A DNA stretch of 64,000 nucleotides, from positions 13,296-77,295 of the forward strand of contig CAZDMQ010000004.1 of assembly GCA_964506685.1 (NCBI GenBank). The letters run 5' to 3'. Under the pieces are notes generated by a model, which saw nothing but the letters and a program-made list of their open reading frames with translations, made no database searches and was not told the DNA's origin. The position numbers and the translations under genes are program-made. Shown here one piece after another: positions 39,029-48,324 of the stretch. Source of the DNA: an uncultured Hyphomonadaceae bacterium. Lineage in GTDB: Bacteria; Pseudomonadota; Alphaproteobacteria; Caulobacterales; Hyphomonadaceae. Within the stretch, counting starts at the first letter, position 1; the number at the start of each line of letters is the position of its first letter.

Positions 39029-40186
39029 ATGACCGTCTCCACGTTTCGCCCACAATTGTCTGAAGCGGACATCAACCGCCTTGTGAAGGGCGAAACCCCT
39101 GAAGCCCGGGCATCGGTGGCGCACAGGCTCTGCCGGCGCATCTCGCTTGACGTGCTGAGCGAGGACGAGCGGGCCTATGCGCAGGAGATCATCCGCATCC
39201 TCGCGCGCGACACCGCCGAGCTTGTCCGCCGGACGCTGTCGGTCACCCTGCGCCATTCCCCGGTGCTGCCGCGTGAGATTGCCGTAAAACTCGCCCGGGA
39301 CGTGGAGACCGTGGCCCTGCCGGTTCTCGAATCCTCTCCCGTCTTCACCGAGGAGGACCTTGTCGAACTGGTCCTGACGGCCTCCCAGGCCAAGCAGGAG
39401 GCGATTGCCGGTCGCGAAACCGTGTCCGCCAGCGTTAGTGAGGCCATCGCCGAACATGCCGCGCTACAGGCCGTGCGTCGCCTGGCGAACAATGAGGGCG
39501 CAGAGCTTAGCGAAAAGGCCTTCGCGCTGTCTCTGCAACGGTTCGGCGATGATGGCGACCTGCAGTCCGCGCTTGTCCGGCGCAATCACATTCCGCCACA
39601 TATTGCCGAGAAGATGGTGTCGCTCGTATCGGGACAGATCTTCGACATGCTGGTCAACCGGCATGAGCTGCCCGCCCAGATGGCGATCGACCTTGCCGCC
39701 GGGGCGCGGGAGCGGGCGACCGTCGATCTCGTCGAGCAGGCCGGCCGGCGCTCGGACCTCCCCCGTTTCGTCTCCCAGCTCAATCTCAATGGCCGGCTCA
39801 GCCATTCCCTGATCATCCGCGCCCTGTGCATGGGGCACATGCCCTTTGTCGAGCATGCGCTGGCGGAACTGTCGGGTGTGCCGCACCAGCGGGTCTGGCT
39901 GATGGTGCACGATGCCGGACCGCTCGGACTGCAGGCCGTATTCGACCGGGCCGGGCTGCCGCCGAAATTCCTTCCGGTGGTGCGAGAGGCGGTCGCGATC
40001 TATCATGAAACCCAGCTTGATGGCGGTCCCGATGACCGTCTCCGCTTCCGCATGCGCATGATCGAGCGTGTGCTGACCCGGCTGCAGTCCCTTTCGCCGG
40101 AAGACGTGAATTACCTCCTCGAAAAACTCGATGCCTATGGCGAGCAGATCGGCGTCGAGAGCAAGGACGAAACCGAAGTGGCGTAG
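39029..40186 (+). CDS. DUF2336-like helical-repeat protein
   Basis: 385 aa of HEAT/ARM-like helices. This resembles the alphaproteobacterial DUF2336 family from memory only; not verified. Confidence 0.65.
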   Translation: MTVSTFRPQLSEADINRLVKGETPEARASVAHRLCRRISLDVLSEDERAYAQEIIRILARDTAELVRRTLSVTLRHSPVLPREIAVKLARDVETVALPVLESSPVFTEEDLVELVLTASQAKQEAIAGRETVSASVSEAIAEHAALQAVRRLANNEGAELSEKAFALSLQRFGDDGDLQSALVRRNHIPPHIAEKMVSLVSGQIFDMLVNRHELPAQMAIDLAAGARERATVDLVEQAGRRSDLPRFVSQLNLNGRLSHSLIIRALCMGHMPFVEHALAELSGVPHQRVWLMVHDAGPLGLQAVFDRAGLPPKFLPVVREAVAIYHETQLDGGPDDRLRFRMRMIERVLTRLQSLSPEDVNYLLEKLDAYGEQIGVESKDETEVA

Positions 40187-40215
40187 GTCCTCTCGTCCAG
40201 GCGGCGAAATCCGTC

Positions 40216-40320
40216 CGAGCGCATCTTCATCTCATTCAGAACCGACGAAGCTGCGCTCGATTTGTTTCTGCCCGATTTATCGACGCAAACCGGTACCCAC
40301 TTCGCTTGAAATTGCGCTAG
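40216..40320 (-). repeat. ~105-nt structured intergenic element, copy 1
   Basis: About 80% identical to 62288..62394. Starts at CTAGCGCA, whose TAG is the stop codon of the upstream gene 40317..41078. Confidence 0.7.
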
Positions 40321-41078
40321 CCGATGCAGTCCGGATCGCGGGTCTGCAGGCCGCAGTCCGGGGCCACGCGCCATTCCTCGAAACGGGCGCGGGGTTCGTA
40401 GATGACTTCCCCGTCCCGGCAGGCAAGGACAGGTTCGCGCACGATGCGACCATCGGGGAATTCGGTTTCGCGGTAGACGGTCTCGCATTCGCGTAGTCGT
40501 TCGTCCCTGGCGCCCGCAAGGTCCGGATCGGTGATCGTCCGCGCGCGACCGACATCACGGCTGCTCACTTCATAGGGCGTGGTTTCCCAGGCCGGGCCGA
40601 CGGCCGAGCGGGTCGGCGGGGGCACGTCGGCATATTTCCAGGTCTCGTCGCAATTTACCGAATTTCGGCCGAGTTCGCTGCCGGCAAGGCCGCCGATGAT
40701 CGCGCCCAGCAACACCCCGGCCACCTCTTCGCCGTCATCATCGTCGTCGTAGCCGTAGCCATAGGCGTACCCACGACCATAGCCGCGATAGCCATGATAA
40801 CCGCGATGCCCACGATACCCACGGTAGCGGCGATGGCCGTGCCGGTAATGATCATCGTCATCCCCGTCGACGGCGAGGCCGCCTGCAACCCCGCCGAGCA
40901 CGCCGCCGATCACCGCTCCGGCGAGCTGGCCATCGCGGCGCTCGGTTTCGCAGCCGGTCACGGTCATGCCGGCAAAACCGCGTCCGTCGTCATGGTAATA
41001 GCCCTGGCCGTGGGCGGCTGCGAAGGCCGGTCCGGCAACGGCCATTCCGAGTGCCAGAAGGGAAATACGGTGGGTCAT
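40317..41078 (-). CDS. secreted glycine-zipper protein with Asp-flanked (R/H)GY repeat and Cys-rich C-terminal domain
   Basis: Start at the ATG at 41078 (MTHRISLLALGMAVAGPAFAAA signal peptide). Two GxxxG zippers (GAVIGGVLGGVAGGLA and GAIIGGLAGS). The ORF track's extension to 41309 was discarded. Confidence 0.7.
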   Translation of the reverse strand: MTHRISLLALGMAVAGPAFAAAHGQGYYHDDGRGFAGMTVTGCETERRDGQLAGAVIGGVLGGVAGGLAVDGDDDDHYRHGHRRYRGYRGHRGYHGYRGYGRGYAYGYGYDDDDDGEEVAGVLLGAIIGGLAGSELGRNSVNCDETWKYADVPPPTRSAVGPAWETTPYEVSSRDVGRARTITDPDLAGARDERLRECETVYRETEFPDGRIVREPVLACRDGEVIYEPRARFEEWRVAPDCGLQTRDPDCIG

Positions 41079-41292
41079 GTCGGTTGGGTCCCTTGCAATG
41101 TCTCTCCCCGGGCGCGTCAGGCGCAAGCACGGGCAGCCCGGATCACGCGCTGACGTTCGCGCCGGTGCCTTGATCTGTGACAGGATAGCAGGACGGCGCC
41201 TGAATACAGCCTGAAGCGGTGCTTCAGCTTGTTGGTGCAATGTCGAGGGCGGGGGGCTGGACGGACCGGCTCCCGCGCGCCATCTCCTTGTC

Positions 41293-42363
41293 ATGAGCTG
41301 GATCGACACTGCCTCCCGAACCCTCGGTCGCGCGCGCTACGTGGCCCGCCAGGGTGCCCGAACCGCCTGGTATGGCGCCCAGTACGCAGCCGCCCGGCGG
41401 CGCAGCGCGGGCTTCAACCGCCCCGGCGAGCCGGCCTTCCGCCCGGCCAGTGGCGCACCCGACCGGGCGGCGATCCGCAAGGCCTTCCTCGCGCTCTTCC
41501 GGGATGATCTCGACAATGTCGAGGCCGGTCTCTATCCGATGCCGCCTGCGCCGAGCCTTGGCGACCTGCCCGCCGATGTCGCGCGGGCCCGCGCCTTCCT
41601 GTCCGACGTTGAAGCCGTCGATGCCCGGCGCCTCGCCCGAGACGGCACCGAGGTCCGGCGCGAGCTCGCCGACGCGCTCGATCGTTATCCGGTCTATTAC
41701 CGCCAGAATTTCCACTACCAGACCGGCGGCTGGCTGAGCGATGAGAGCGCGGCGCTCTATGACCACCAGGTCGAGGTACTGTTCACCGGCGCGGCGGCAG
41801 CCATGCGGCGGGCCGCACTGGCCCCGCTCGCGCGCGACCTTAAAGGACGGGACCAGCGGGCCTATCGCCATCTCGACCTGGCCTGTGGCACGGGCCGCTT
41901 CCTGTCGGACGTGCTGGCGGGCTATCCCCGGCTCCGCTCGACCGGGCTCGATCTGTCGCCCAACTACCTCGCCCGGGCGGCAGAGCACCTGGCGGCCTGG
42001 ACGCAAGTGGAGCTCGTGCAGGGGGCAGGCGAGGCCATGCCCTTCGAGGCGGCCCGGTTCGACGGTGTGACAAACATCTATCTCTTTCACGAATTGCCGC
42101 CCAGGGTCCGCCCCGAGGTCCTCGCCGAGGTACGCCGCGTCCTGAAACCCGGTGGCCTGTTCGTGCTTGCAGACAGCCTCCAGCGCGGCGACGCTCCGGG
42201 CCTTGATGGCATGCTGGAATATTTTCCCGAGGGATTCCACGAGCCCTACTACAAGGGCTATCTCGACTGGGACATGGACACTGCCGTGGCTGCAGCGGGC
42301 TTCGAGAAGGTTTGCCAGCGGCTGGCGTTTCTCACCAAGGTCACGGTCTGGCGCGCGACCTGA
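41293..42363 (+). CDS. class I SAM-dependent methyltransferase
   Basis: Motif I HLDLACGTGRF and a post-I acidic residue, with VLKPGGLFVLAD later. Carries an N-terminal extension of about 130 aa. Confidence 0.8.
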   Translation: MSWIDTASRTLGRARYVARQGARTAWYGAQYAAARRRSAGFNRPGEPAFRPASGAPDRAAIRKAFLALFRDDLDNVEAGLYPMPPAPSLGDLPADVARARAFLSDVEAVDARRLARDGTEVRRELADALDRYPVYYRQNFHYQTGGWLSDESAALYDHQVEVLFTGAAAAMRRAALAPLARDLKGRDQRAYRHLDLACGTGRFLSDVLAGYPRLRSTGLDLSPNYLARAAEHLAAWTQVELVQGAGEAMPFEAARFDGVTNIYLFHELPPRVRPEVLAEVRRVLKPGGLFVLADSLQRGDAPGLDGMLEYFPEGFHEPYYKGYLDWDMDTAVAAAGFEKVCQRLAFLTKVTVWRAT

Positions 42364-42381
42364 GTGCGTCGCAGAGCTCGC

Positions 42382-42795
42382 TCATTCGCCATCCTTCAGG
42401 GGGACGCCGTAGAGTTCGAGCCGGTGGTCGACCAGCTTGTAGCCATGCTTGCGCGCGATCTCGACCTGCAACCGTTCGATTTCCTCGTTGTGAAACTCGA
42501 TCACGTCGCCTGACTTCACGTCGATCAGGTGGTCATGGTGCTCATCGGGCAATTCCTCATACCGCGAGCGGCCATCCCGGAAATCATGGCGCTCGATGAT
42601 CCCGTAATCCTCGAACAGTTTGACGGTCCGATAGACGGTGGCCAGCGAGATCGAGGCATCCTCGCTGTTCGCCCGCCGGTGGAGTTCCTCGGCGTCAGGA
42701 TGGTCGTCGGCGCTCGACAGCACACGCGCGATCACCCGCCGCGGTTCTGTCATCCGCAGGCCCTTCTCGGCGCAGAGCTGCTCAATTCGAGTCAT
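42382..42795 (-). CDS. fur: Fur-family transcriptional regulator
   Basis: 137 aa from the ATG at 42795. Winged-helix segment SLATVYRTVKLFEDYGII and metal site HHDHLID. Conserved tsaB-rimI-fur synteny. Confidence 0.85.
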   Translation of the reverse strand: MTRIEQLCAEKGLRMTEPRRVIARVLSSADDHPDAEELHRRANSEDASISLATVYRTVKLFEDYGIIERHDFRDGRSRYEELPDEHHDHLIDVKSGDVIEFHNEEIERLQVEIARKHGYKLVDHRLELYGVPLKDGE

Positions 42796-43306
42796 GATCC
42801 GTAGATGCGGTGTCACCGGGTGAATGTCCAGTGATTCTGTCCAATCCCGCTGACAGCAGGAGTGCATCGGCGCGTTGGCCATCGCGCCGGAGATAGTAGC
42901 CTTTCCGCCGGCCATCCTGCGCGAAGCCGAGACGGTGATAGAGAGCAAGGGCTGCAGTGTTGTCGCAGGCCACGTCCAGCGTCATTCGTTCGGCCCCAAG
43001 CGCCGCGAGTTGCTGGGCCGCGGTTCGCAGGAGCACCCCGCCCAGGCCGCGCCTCCGGGCTCCGGGCGCGGTGGCGAGTGTCAGGATATCGGCCTCGCCG
43101 GCGACCAGCCGGACAAGACAGAAGGCCAGCAGGGTCCCCGCATCGTCGCGGAGGCCAAAGCCTTGGACCATGCCATCCTCAAGCAGGGCCGAGATGGCAC
43201 AGGCCGACCAGCCCTGATCGAAACTCCGGCCGTGGATCGCGGCCGCCGCAGCGCTGTCATCGGCCCCGAGTGTCGCCGTGTGGACCTGATGGGCCAGCCC
43301 GGTCAC
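42782..43306 (-). CDS. rimI: ribosomal-protein-alanine N-acetyltransferase
   Basis: GNAT motif RRRGLGGVLL. The GTG start at 43306 forms a GTGA overlap with the tsaB stop. Confidence 0.75.
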   Translation of the reverse strand: MTGLAHQVHTATLGADDSAAAAAIHGRSFDQGWSACAISALLEDGMVQGFGLRDDAGTLLAFCLVRLVAGEADILTLATAPGARRRGLGGVLLRTAAQQLAALGAERMTLDVACDNTAALALYHRLGFAQDGRRKGYYLRRDGQRADALLLSAGLDRITGHSPGDTASTDHDSN

Positions 43307-43953
43307 GGCGCCCTGTTTCCTGGCAGGACGGCATCGGGCGGGCGGACATAGACCGGGCTGGGCGGTGCCGAGTCCGGATCTTGCACGCTCGCCCAGTGGG
43401 CGACAAACCGGGCGAGCGGCCGGGCAGGCAGGGCTTGCGCGGCGTCGGCCAGCCTGTCCGTGCCGTCGGTGAGCACCAGTCGCTGGCTGGCCAGAAGGTC
43501 GGCAAGCGGCACCTCTGCCGGTGGGCTCTCCGGCTGTCCGGCGTTGAAATCCTGGCACCAGAAGCTGATATCGGGCGGACGTTTCCGCGCTTGCAGCGCG
43601 ATCCGGACGGGGCGGGTCTCGCCCGGTGGCAGGGCCGCTTGAAGCAGGCTGATCCCGAGCACAGGGCAGCCGAGCACGAGACCCAGTCCACGTGCGAAAG
43701 CCAGCCCCATGCGCAGTCCGGTAAAGCTCCCAGGCCCGTTTACGACACCGATACGGGTCACCTCACCGAGCGCCAGACCGGCTTCGTCCAGCAGGCCCGT
43801 CAGCAGCCCCGGCAGGCGTGCATCCTGTCCCTGTCCGGCAACCATGTCGGTCTGCACGAATGCACCGTCTCCGCCCGTTTCGTCAGCGCCATCGGTCCTG
43901 AGCAGGGCGATCTCGGCCGGCCCGGAAGCGGTCTGGAAGGCGAGCGTGACCAT
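43303..43953 (-). CDS. tsaB: tRNA t6A37 biosynthesis protein TsaB
   Basis: N-terminal LAFQTASGPAEIALL and a GPGSFTGLR motif. 216 aa. Confidence 0.8.
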   Translation of the reverse strand: MVTLAFQTASGPAEIALLRTDGADETGGDGAFVQTDMVAGQGQDARLPGLLTGLLDEAGLALGEVTRIGVVNGPGSFTGLRMGLAFARGLGLVLGCPVLGISLLQAALPPGETRPVRIALQARKRPPDISFWCQDFNAGQPESPPAEVPLADLLASQRLVLTDGTDRLADAAQALPARPLARFVAHWASVQDPDSAPPSPVYVRPPDAVLPGNRAP

Positions 43954-43962
43954 GGCCCCCGC

Positions 43963-44565
43963 TTACAGGATCGCGCAGGCCTCTTCGAAGCTCATCCTTG
44001 GAGAGCGCTCGAAGAGGTCTTCGTTGCTGCCGTGGCCTAGATTGCAGATCCAGTTGGACTTCCAGTTCTGCATGGCCGGGTCGGAGGCGAAGAATTCCTG
44101 GTCGACGCCGGCATTGTCAAACCCTGACATGGGGCCGGTATCGAGCCCGAGGGCCCGCGCGGCGATCAGGAAATATGCGCTTTGCAGCGTGCCGTTCCGG
44201 AATGCCGTGACTTCGCGGGCCACGGGTTCCTCGAACCAGGCTTTTGCGCCCGGATTGTGCGGGAACAGGACCGGGATCTGTTCGTGGAACTCGAGATCGT
44301 GGGCAATGATGACGACCCAGGGCGCGGTTTCGCTCTTCTTCTTGTTGGGCGGCGCGAGGTGCGGAATGAGCCGCGCCTTGGCCTCGGCCGAACGGATGAA
44401 CACGAAGCGCGCGGGCGAGCAATTGGCGCTGGTCGGCCCCCATTTCTGGAGCTCGTAGACGGCCCGGACGAGCGTTTCCGGCACGTCCTGGTCCTTCCAG
44501 CCATTATAGCTGCGGGCGCTGCGGAAAATCACGTCTAGCGCATGGTCGTTGACGGGATGGCTCAT
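43963..44565 (-). CDS. NADPH nitroreductase-family protein (RutE/malonic semialdehyde reductase-like)
   Basis: 200 aa from the ATG at 44565. N-terminal ...FRSARSYNGW... and ...PTSANCSPARFVF... are typical of the RutE-like subgroup. Confidence 0.8.
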   Translation of the reverse strand: MSHPVNDHALDVIFRSARSYNGWKDQDVPETLVRAVYELQKWGPTSANCSPARFVFIRSAEAKARLIPHLAPPNKKKSETAPWVVIIAHDLEFHEQIPVLFPHNPGAKAWFEEPVAREVTAFRNGTLQSAYFLIAARALGLDTGPMSGFDNAGVDQEFFASDPAMQNWKSNWICNLGHGSNEDLFERSPRMSFEEACAIL

Positions 44566-44682
44566 GGGCGGGTGACTCCTTGTTCGTGTCCGCCCGGGAC
44601 CTACACCCCCGGGCCGGCATGGCAAGCGCATTGAGGGGGCCATGGTCCTGCAGGCCGGCCCTGTCTCCCGACGCGCGGTGCG

Positions 44683-45264
44683 TCAGAGCACGGCTTCAAC
44701 GGCCGTGACTTCCGGAACGTAGGCCTTCAGCATGTTTTCTATGCCCTGCTTGAGAGTATAGGTCGATGACGGGCAGCCGGCACAGGCCCCGCGCATATGC
44801 AGGTGCACAATGCCGGTATCGACCTCGAACCGGTCGAACACGATATCGCCGCCATCCTGGGCCACGGCCGGGCGGACCCGAGTGTCGATCAACTCCCTGA
44901 TCTCCGCCACGATCTCGGCAGCCTCGCCCTCATAGCCTCGCGCGTCCGGGTCGCCATCGGGCCGGCTGCTCGCGTTTGGCTCGACCGCGGGGAGCCCTGC
45001 GACGAGATGATCCATGATGGCAGCAAGAATGAGCGGGCGGAGACTGGCCCAGTCGGCCGCTTCAGCCTTCGAGACGGAGATGAAATCGGTACCGAAGAAG
45101 ACCCGCTCCACCTCGCCGAGATCGAACAGGGTTTGGGCGAGCCGGCTCGATGACAGGTCGCTGCCCCTGGCAAAATCGAAGGGACCGGCCGTACCGGCGA
45201 TCTCCTGCCCCGGAAGGAATTTGAGCGTGTCGGGATTCGGGGTCGGCTCGGTCTGGATGAACAT
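44683..45264 (-). CDS. NifU/Nfu-type Fe-S cluster scaffold/carrier protein
   Basis: Nfu N-terminal domain (MFIQTEPTPNPDTLKF) plus a C-terminal CAGCPSS CxxC motif. Confidence 0.85.
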   Translation of the reverse strand: MFIQTEPTPNPDTLKFLPGQEIAGTAGPFDFARGSDLSSSRLAQTLFDLGEVERVFFGTDFISVSKAEAADWASLRPLILAAIMDHLVAGLPAVEPNASSRPDGDPDARGYEGEAAEIVAEIRELIDTRVRPAVAQDGGDIVFDRFEVDTGIVHLHMRGACAGCPSSTYTLKQGIENMLKAYVPEVTAVEAVL

Positions 45265-45368
45265 GGGGTGAGGCCTCCTTGGGCTTGTGCATCCAAGGTG
45301 GCCGGTTCCGATGCCGATTTCAATGTTTGATCGCGGGAGGTGGTGCAGGGAGGGACGTTCGATCCACC

Positions 45369-46448
45369 CTATGGCGCCGATGTCGGCGACAGGATCAGGT
45401 CGTCGGCCGTCGCGATGGAGAGGTCACCTTCCTGCGTACCGTCCAGCATGCTCGCAAGCTTGCGCGTTGCCGCTTCGGCCTGGTCGAGATGCCAGGCCAT
45501 GGCCGCAAGATGATTGGGGAGCAGCGGATTATCGCCGGTCTGGTTGGAGACGATGACCGGCGCCTGCTTCGCGACGCGTTGCCAGAGGGTGCTGGCCTCG
45601 CGGACCTGGGCCCGGATCGAGGCGGTCGAGGCCATGGCCGGATCGCTGGCGATGGCGGCGTCGATCATGTTGCTGGCGACCTGCCCGCGGGCCCGCGCAT
45701 CGTAATAGGCCCGGATATCGGCCCGACTGGCAGGCCAGGCGGCCCCGAGGGCGATCTGGTCGGACAGTTCGCGCGCAGAATCCTCGGCCCAGCCGGCAAA
45801 CAGGTTGAGCAACTCGGACACCTTTTCAACGGTATTGATGTCGCTTGCGACACCCTTCGCCACCCGGGAATCGTAGCTGGCCAGCGCTTCGGCGGCGGCC
45901 ACGAGACGGGGCGTCATCGCTTCGTCAGACACCGGGCGCAGCAGCCTCGAGGCCGCGACGAGATCGGAGTCGGGCTGTCCGCCCCTTTCGGCAAGGGCCG
46001 CCGAGAGTTGTGTCACGTCCGAGAGGCTGTAGCTCAGCGAGACCTGCCATGCCGGTTGCGCCGTCAGATGCCGGCTCGGATGCCAGCTCGCCTTGTCGCC
46101 CGTCCAGCCCGGCCCGCTGACCTCCCGCGCAATCAGCGTCATGGCAACGCCCGCTTCTTCCGATGCCCAGTTCTCGGCGTCGAGGGTGACGGGACTGGCA
46201 TCGATCGAATGGCTGGCGATCATCCAGCCCGGATAGGCTCCCGCCAGGGCCGTGACCATCCCGAGCTTCACAACCCCCTTCGTGCGCTTCCAGATGGACC
46301 GGGACGCCTCCATCCAGGGGTGCGGGCGGGCGTCGCCTATGTCCATTTCCTCTTCGCCGAGCACGGTGACGACGGGGCCTTCGCGAAAATACGGGTGATC
46401 CGCGCTGGCATGATCTCGAGGCATGGACGACACTCTCTTTCCCGGCAC
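45369..46448 (-). CDS. hypothetical membrane-anchored protein (possibly DUF2333-like; unverified)
   Basis: 359 aa with one N-terminal TM (VVKLGMVTALAGAYPGWMIA). Composition is protein-like, whereas the antisense ORF is Arg/Gly-rich. Confidence 0.55.
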   Translation of the reverse strand: MPGKRVSSMPRDHASADHPYFREGPVVTVLGEEEMDIGDARPHPWMEASRSIWKRTKGVVKLGMVTALAGAYPGWMIASHSIDASPVTLDAENWASEEAGVAMTLIAREVSGPGWTGDKASWHPSRHLTAQPAWQVSLSYSLSDVTQLSAALAERGGQPDSDLVAASRLLRPVSDEAMTPRLVAAAEALASYDSRVAKGVASDINTVEKVSELLNLFAGWAEDSARELSDQIALGAAWPASRADIRAYYDARARGQVASNMIDAAIASDPAMASTASIRAQVREASTLWQRVAKQAPVIVSNQTGDNPLLPNHLAAMAWHLDQAEAATRKLASMLDGTQEGDLSIATADDLILSPTSAP

Positions 46449-46530
46449 CTCCCCTTAGTGCGCAGACGGGCCTGAAACCGCAACCGGCGGGGCTTAAAAT
46501 TTCAGCAAGATTTGCGCCATCGCCCGGAAG

Positions 46531-47076
46531 CTATTCGCCGAGCGGCCGAATACTTGCATCAACTTCAATGCGATAGCTGTTGCCCTCCGGATCCTCGACC
46601 GTGAGCACCATGGGATAGGTTGTAGCGGGGTCGAGCGGGCCGACGCCGAACAGCATGAGATGGTCGCCGCCGCCCTTCAGGGAAACGGGCACCCCTGCCG
46701 GCAGGTCGACACCGTCGATCTGGTCCATTCGCATCTGGCCGTCCTGGCTTGTCATGGTGTGCAGTTCCACGCGTTCGGCAATCGGCGTGTCGACACCTGT
46801 GAGGCGCAGGTCGGTGCCCACGGCGGTCAGCGTGACGCCGGCCAGCACAACGTCGCGGCCGGCCGGCGGTTCCTGGATGAAGGCCGCCGCGACGGTGAGC
46901 GGCGCCGCAGCGGTCGCTGCGCTCGCGGCGGGCGCTGTCTGGTCCCCTGGCTCTCCGGCCGGCGGAGGGCTGGATTGCGGTGCTGAGGGGGCTGGCCCGC
47001 TATCGCAGCCGCCGAGCAGGGCGAGCGCTGCCAGCGCGCCGATGATTGCGGTGCGGGCGTGGGACGGCGTAGACAT
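46531..47076 (-). CDS. periplasmic copper chaperone PCu(A)C, lipoprotein
   Basis: The H..M...M / HLM pattern (VELHTMTSQDGQMRM ... GGGDHLMLFG). Lipobox LGGC from the ATG at 47076. Confidence 0.8.
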   Translation of the reverse strand: MSTPSHARTAIIGALAALALLGGCDSGPAPSAPQSSPPPAGEPGDQTAPAASAATAAAPLTVAAAFIQEPPAGRDVVLAGVTLTAVGTDLRLTGVDTPIAERVELHTMTSQDGQMRMDQIDGVDLPAGVPVSLKGGGDHLMLFGVGPLDPATTYPMVLTVEDPEGNSYRIEVDASIRPLGE

Positions 47077-47137
47077 GGATGGGACCTCCGATCCGGTTGG
47101 TTGTGTGTGCAATCAGTGCTGAACCAGATCCTGCGGC

Positions 47138-48202
47138 TCAGGGCCGGGCCTGCCAGAAGCCGATCACGTCGCGCACGCCGGCCATGACATCATCGGCAAT
47201 GGCCGCCGCGCGCTCACCGCCAGCCTGCAGAGCGCGGTCGATCTCCGCCGGGTCGTCCATCAGCCGGCGCATTTCAGCGGTGATCGGGGAGAGGTGTTCA
47301 ACCGCCAGATCGGCCAGCGCCGGCTTGAAATCGCCAAAGCCCTTGCCCTCGAATTGGCTCAGCACGTCCTCGACACGCATGTCGGCGAGTATGGCATAGA
47401 TGCCCACGAGGTTCTCGACCTCGGGCCGGTCACGAAGCCCATCGGCGTTGCCGGGAATGGGGGCACTGTCGGTCTTCGCCTTCCGGATCTTCTTCGCGAT
47501 CGTGTCGGCATCGTCGATCAGGTTCACACGCGAGAGGTCGGACGGGTCGGATTTCGACATCTTCTTCGTGCCGTCCTTGAGACTCATGATCCGCGCACCG
47601 GGCCCATCGGCGAGCGCGACGGGCAGGGGGAAGAAGCCCGGCGCGTCGAAATCCCGGTTGAACCGGTCGGCAATGTCGCGGCTGAGTTCGAGATGCTGTT
47701 TCTGGTCGTCACCGACCGGGACATGCGTGCCCTTGTAGATGAGAATGTCGGCGGCCTGCAGCACGGGATAGTCGAACAGGCCCACAGAAGCGCGCTCGCG
47801 ATCCTTGCCGGCCTTGTCCTTGAACTGGGTCATCCGCTCCAGCCAGCCCATGCGGGCGACGCAATTGAAGTACCAGGCCAGTTCGGAATGGGCCGGCACG
47901 CTGGACTGGGCGAAGACAATCGCCCGTTCCGGGTCGATGCCGCTCGCGATGAAGGCGGCGGCGATCTCCCGCGTGCCCTGGGCGAGCGCAGCGGGGCCGC
48001 CCCACACGTCCCGGGGCTGGGTGATGGCATGCAGGTCGACCACGCAGAAGACGCAGTCCATCTGGTGCTGCAGGGCGACGAACTTGCGGATGGCGCCGAG
48101 ATAGTTGCCCAGATGCAGTTTGCCCGACGGCTGCACGCCGGAGAAGACGCGGTCAGGGCCGGTGTAGGACGGGCTTGTGTCGGGGGAGGTGTCTTCTTGC
48201 AT
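47138..48202 (-). CDS. trpS: tryptophan--tRNA ligase
   Basis: HLGNYLGA (HIGH-type) and KMSKS motifs. 354 aa. Confidence 0.9.
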   Translation of the reverse strand: MQEDTSPDTSPSYTGPDRVFSGVQPSGKLHLGNYLGAIRKFVALQHQMDCVFCVVDLHAITQPRDVWGGPAALAQGTREIAAAFIASGIDPERAIVFAQSSVPAHSELAWYFNCVARMGWLERMTQFKDKAGKDRERASVGLFDYPVLQAADILIYKGTHVPVGDDQKQHLELSRDIADRFNRDFDAPGFFPLPVALADGPGARIMSLKDGTKKMSKSDPSDLSRVNLIDDADTIAKKIRKAKTDSAPIPGNADGLRDRPEVENLVGIYAILADMRVEDVLSQFEGKGFGDFKPALADLAVEHLSPITAEMRRLMDDPAEIDRALQAGGERAAAIADDVMAGVRDVIGFWQARP

Positions 48203-48203
48203 G

Positions 48204-48251
48204 CGCCCGGCTTGTAGAGCGCCGGGCGAAAAAGTGGAACCCGGTTTTTCG
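48204..48251 (+). repeat. two adjacent hairpins; the second is related to the 5' hairpin of the ~105-nt element
   Basis: First hairpin is CGCCCGGC-n9-GCCGGGCG. Second is CGAAAAA-GTGGAACCCGG-TTTTTCG. The second has the same 11-nt loop pattern GTGGnnnCCGG as copies 1 and 2, on a different stem. Confidence 0.4.
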
Positions 48252-48324
48252 ATCTCCCGGCGCGACCAGCGGCAGCACGAAGGCAGCGGCTGAAGTCCAT
48301 GAACCGCCCGGTGCTCCTTGCGGT

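Noticed and set aside
38751-39032. ORF translating the 15-bp repeats as a pentapeptide repeat (LPLLS LPLLG LPFAG VPVFG LPIAR).
   Set aside because: It starts inside and antisense to the CoA-transferase N-terminus, has no ribosome-binding site, and the periodicity is explained at the DNA level. It is treated as a non-coding repeat.
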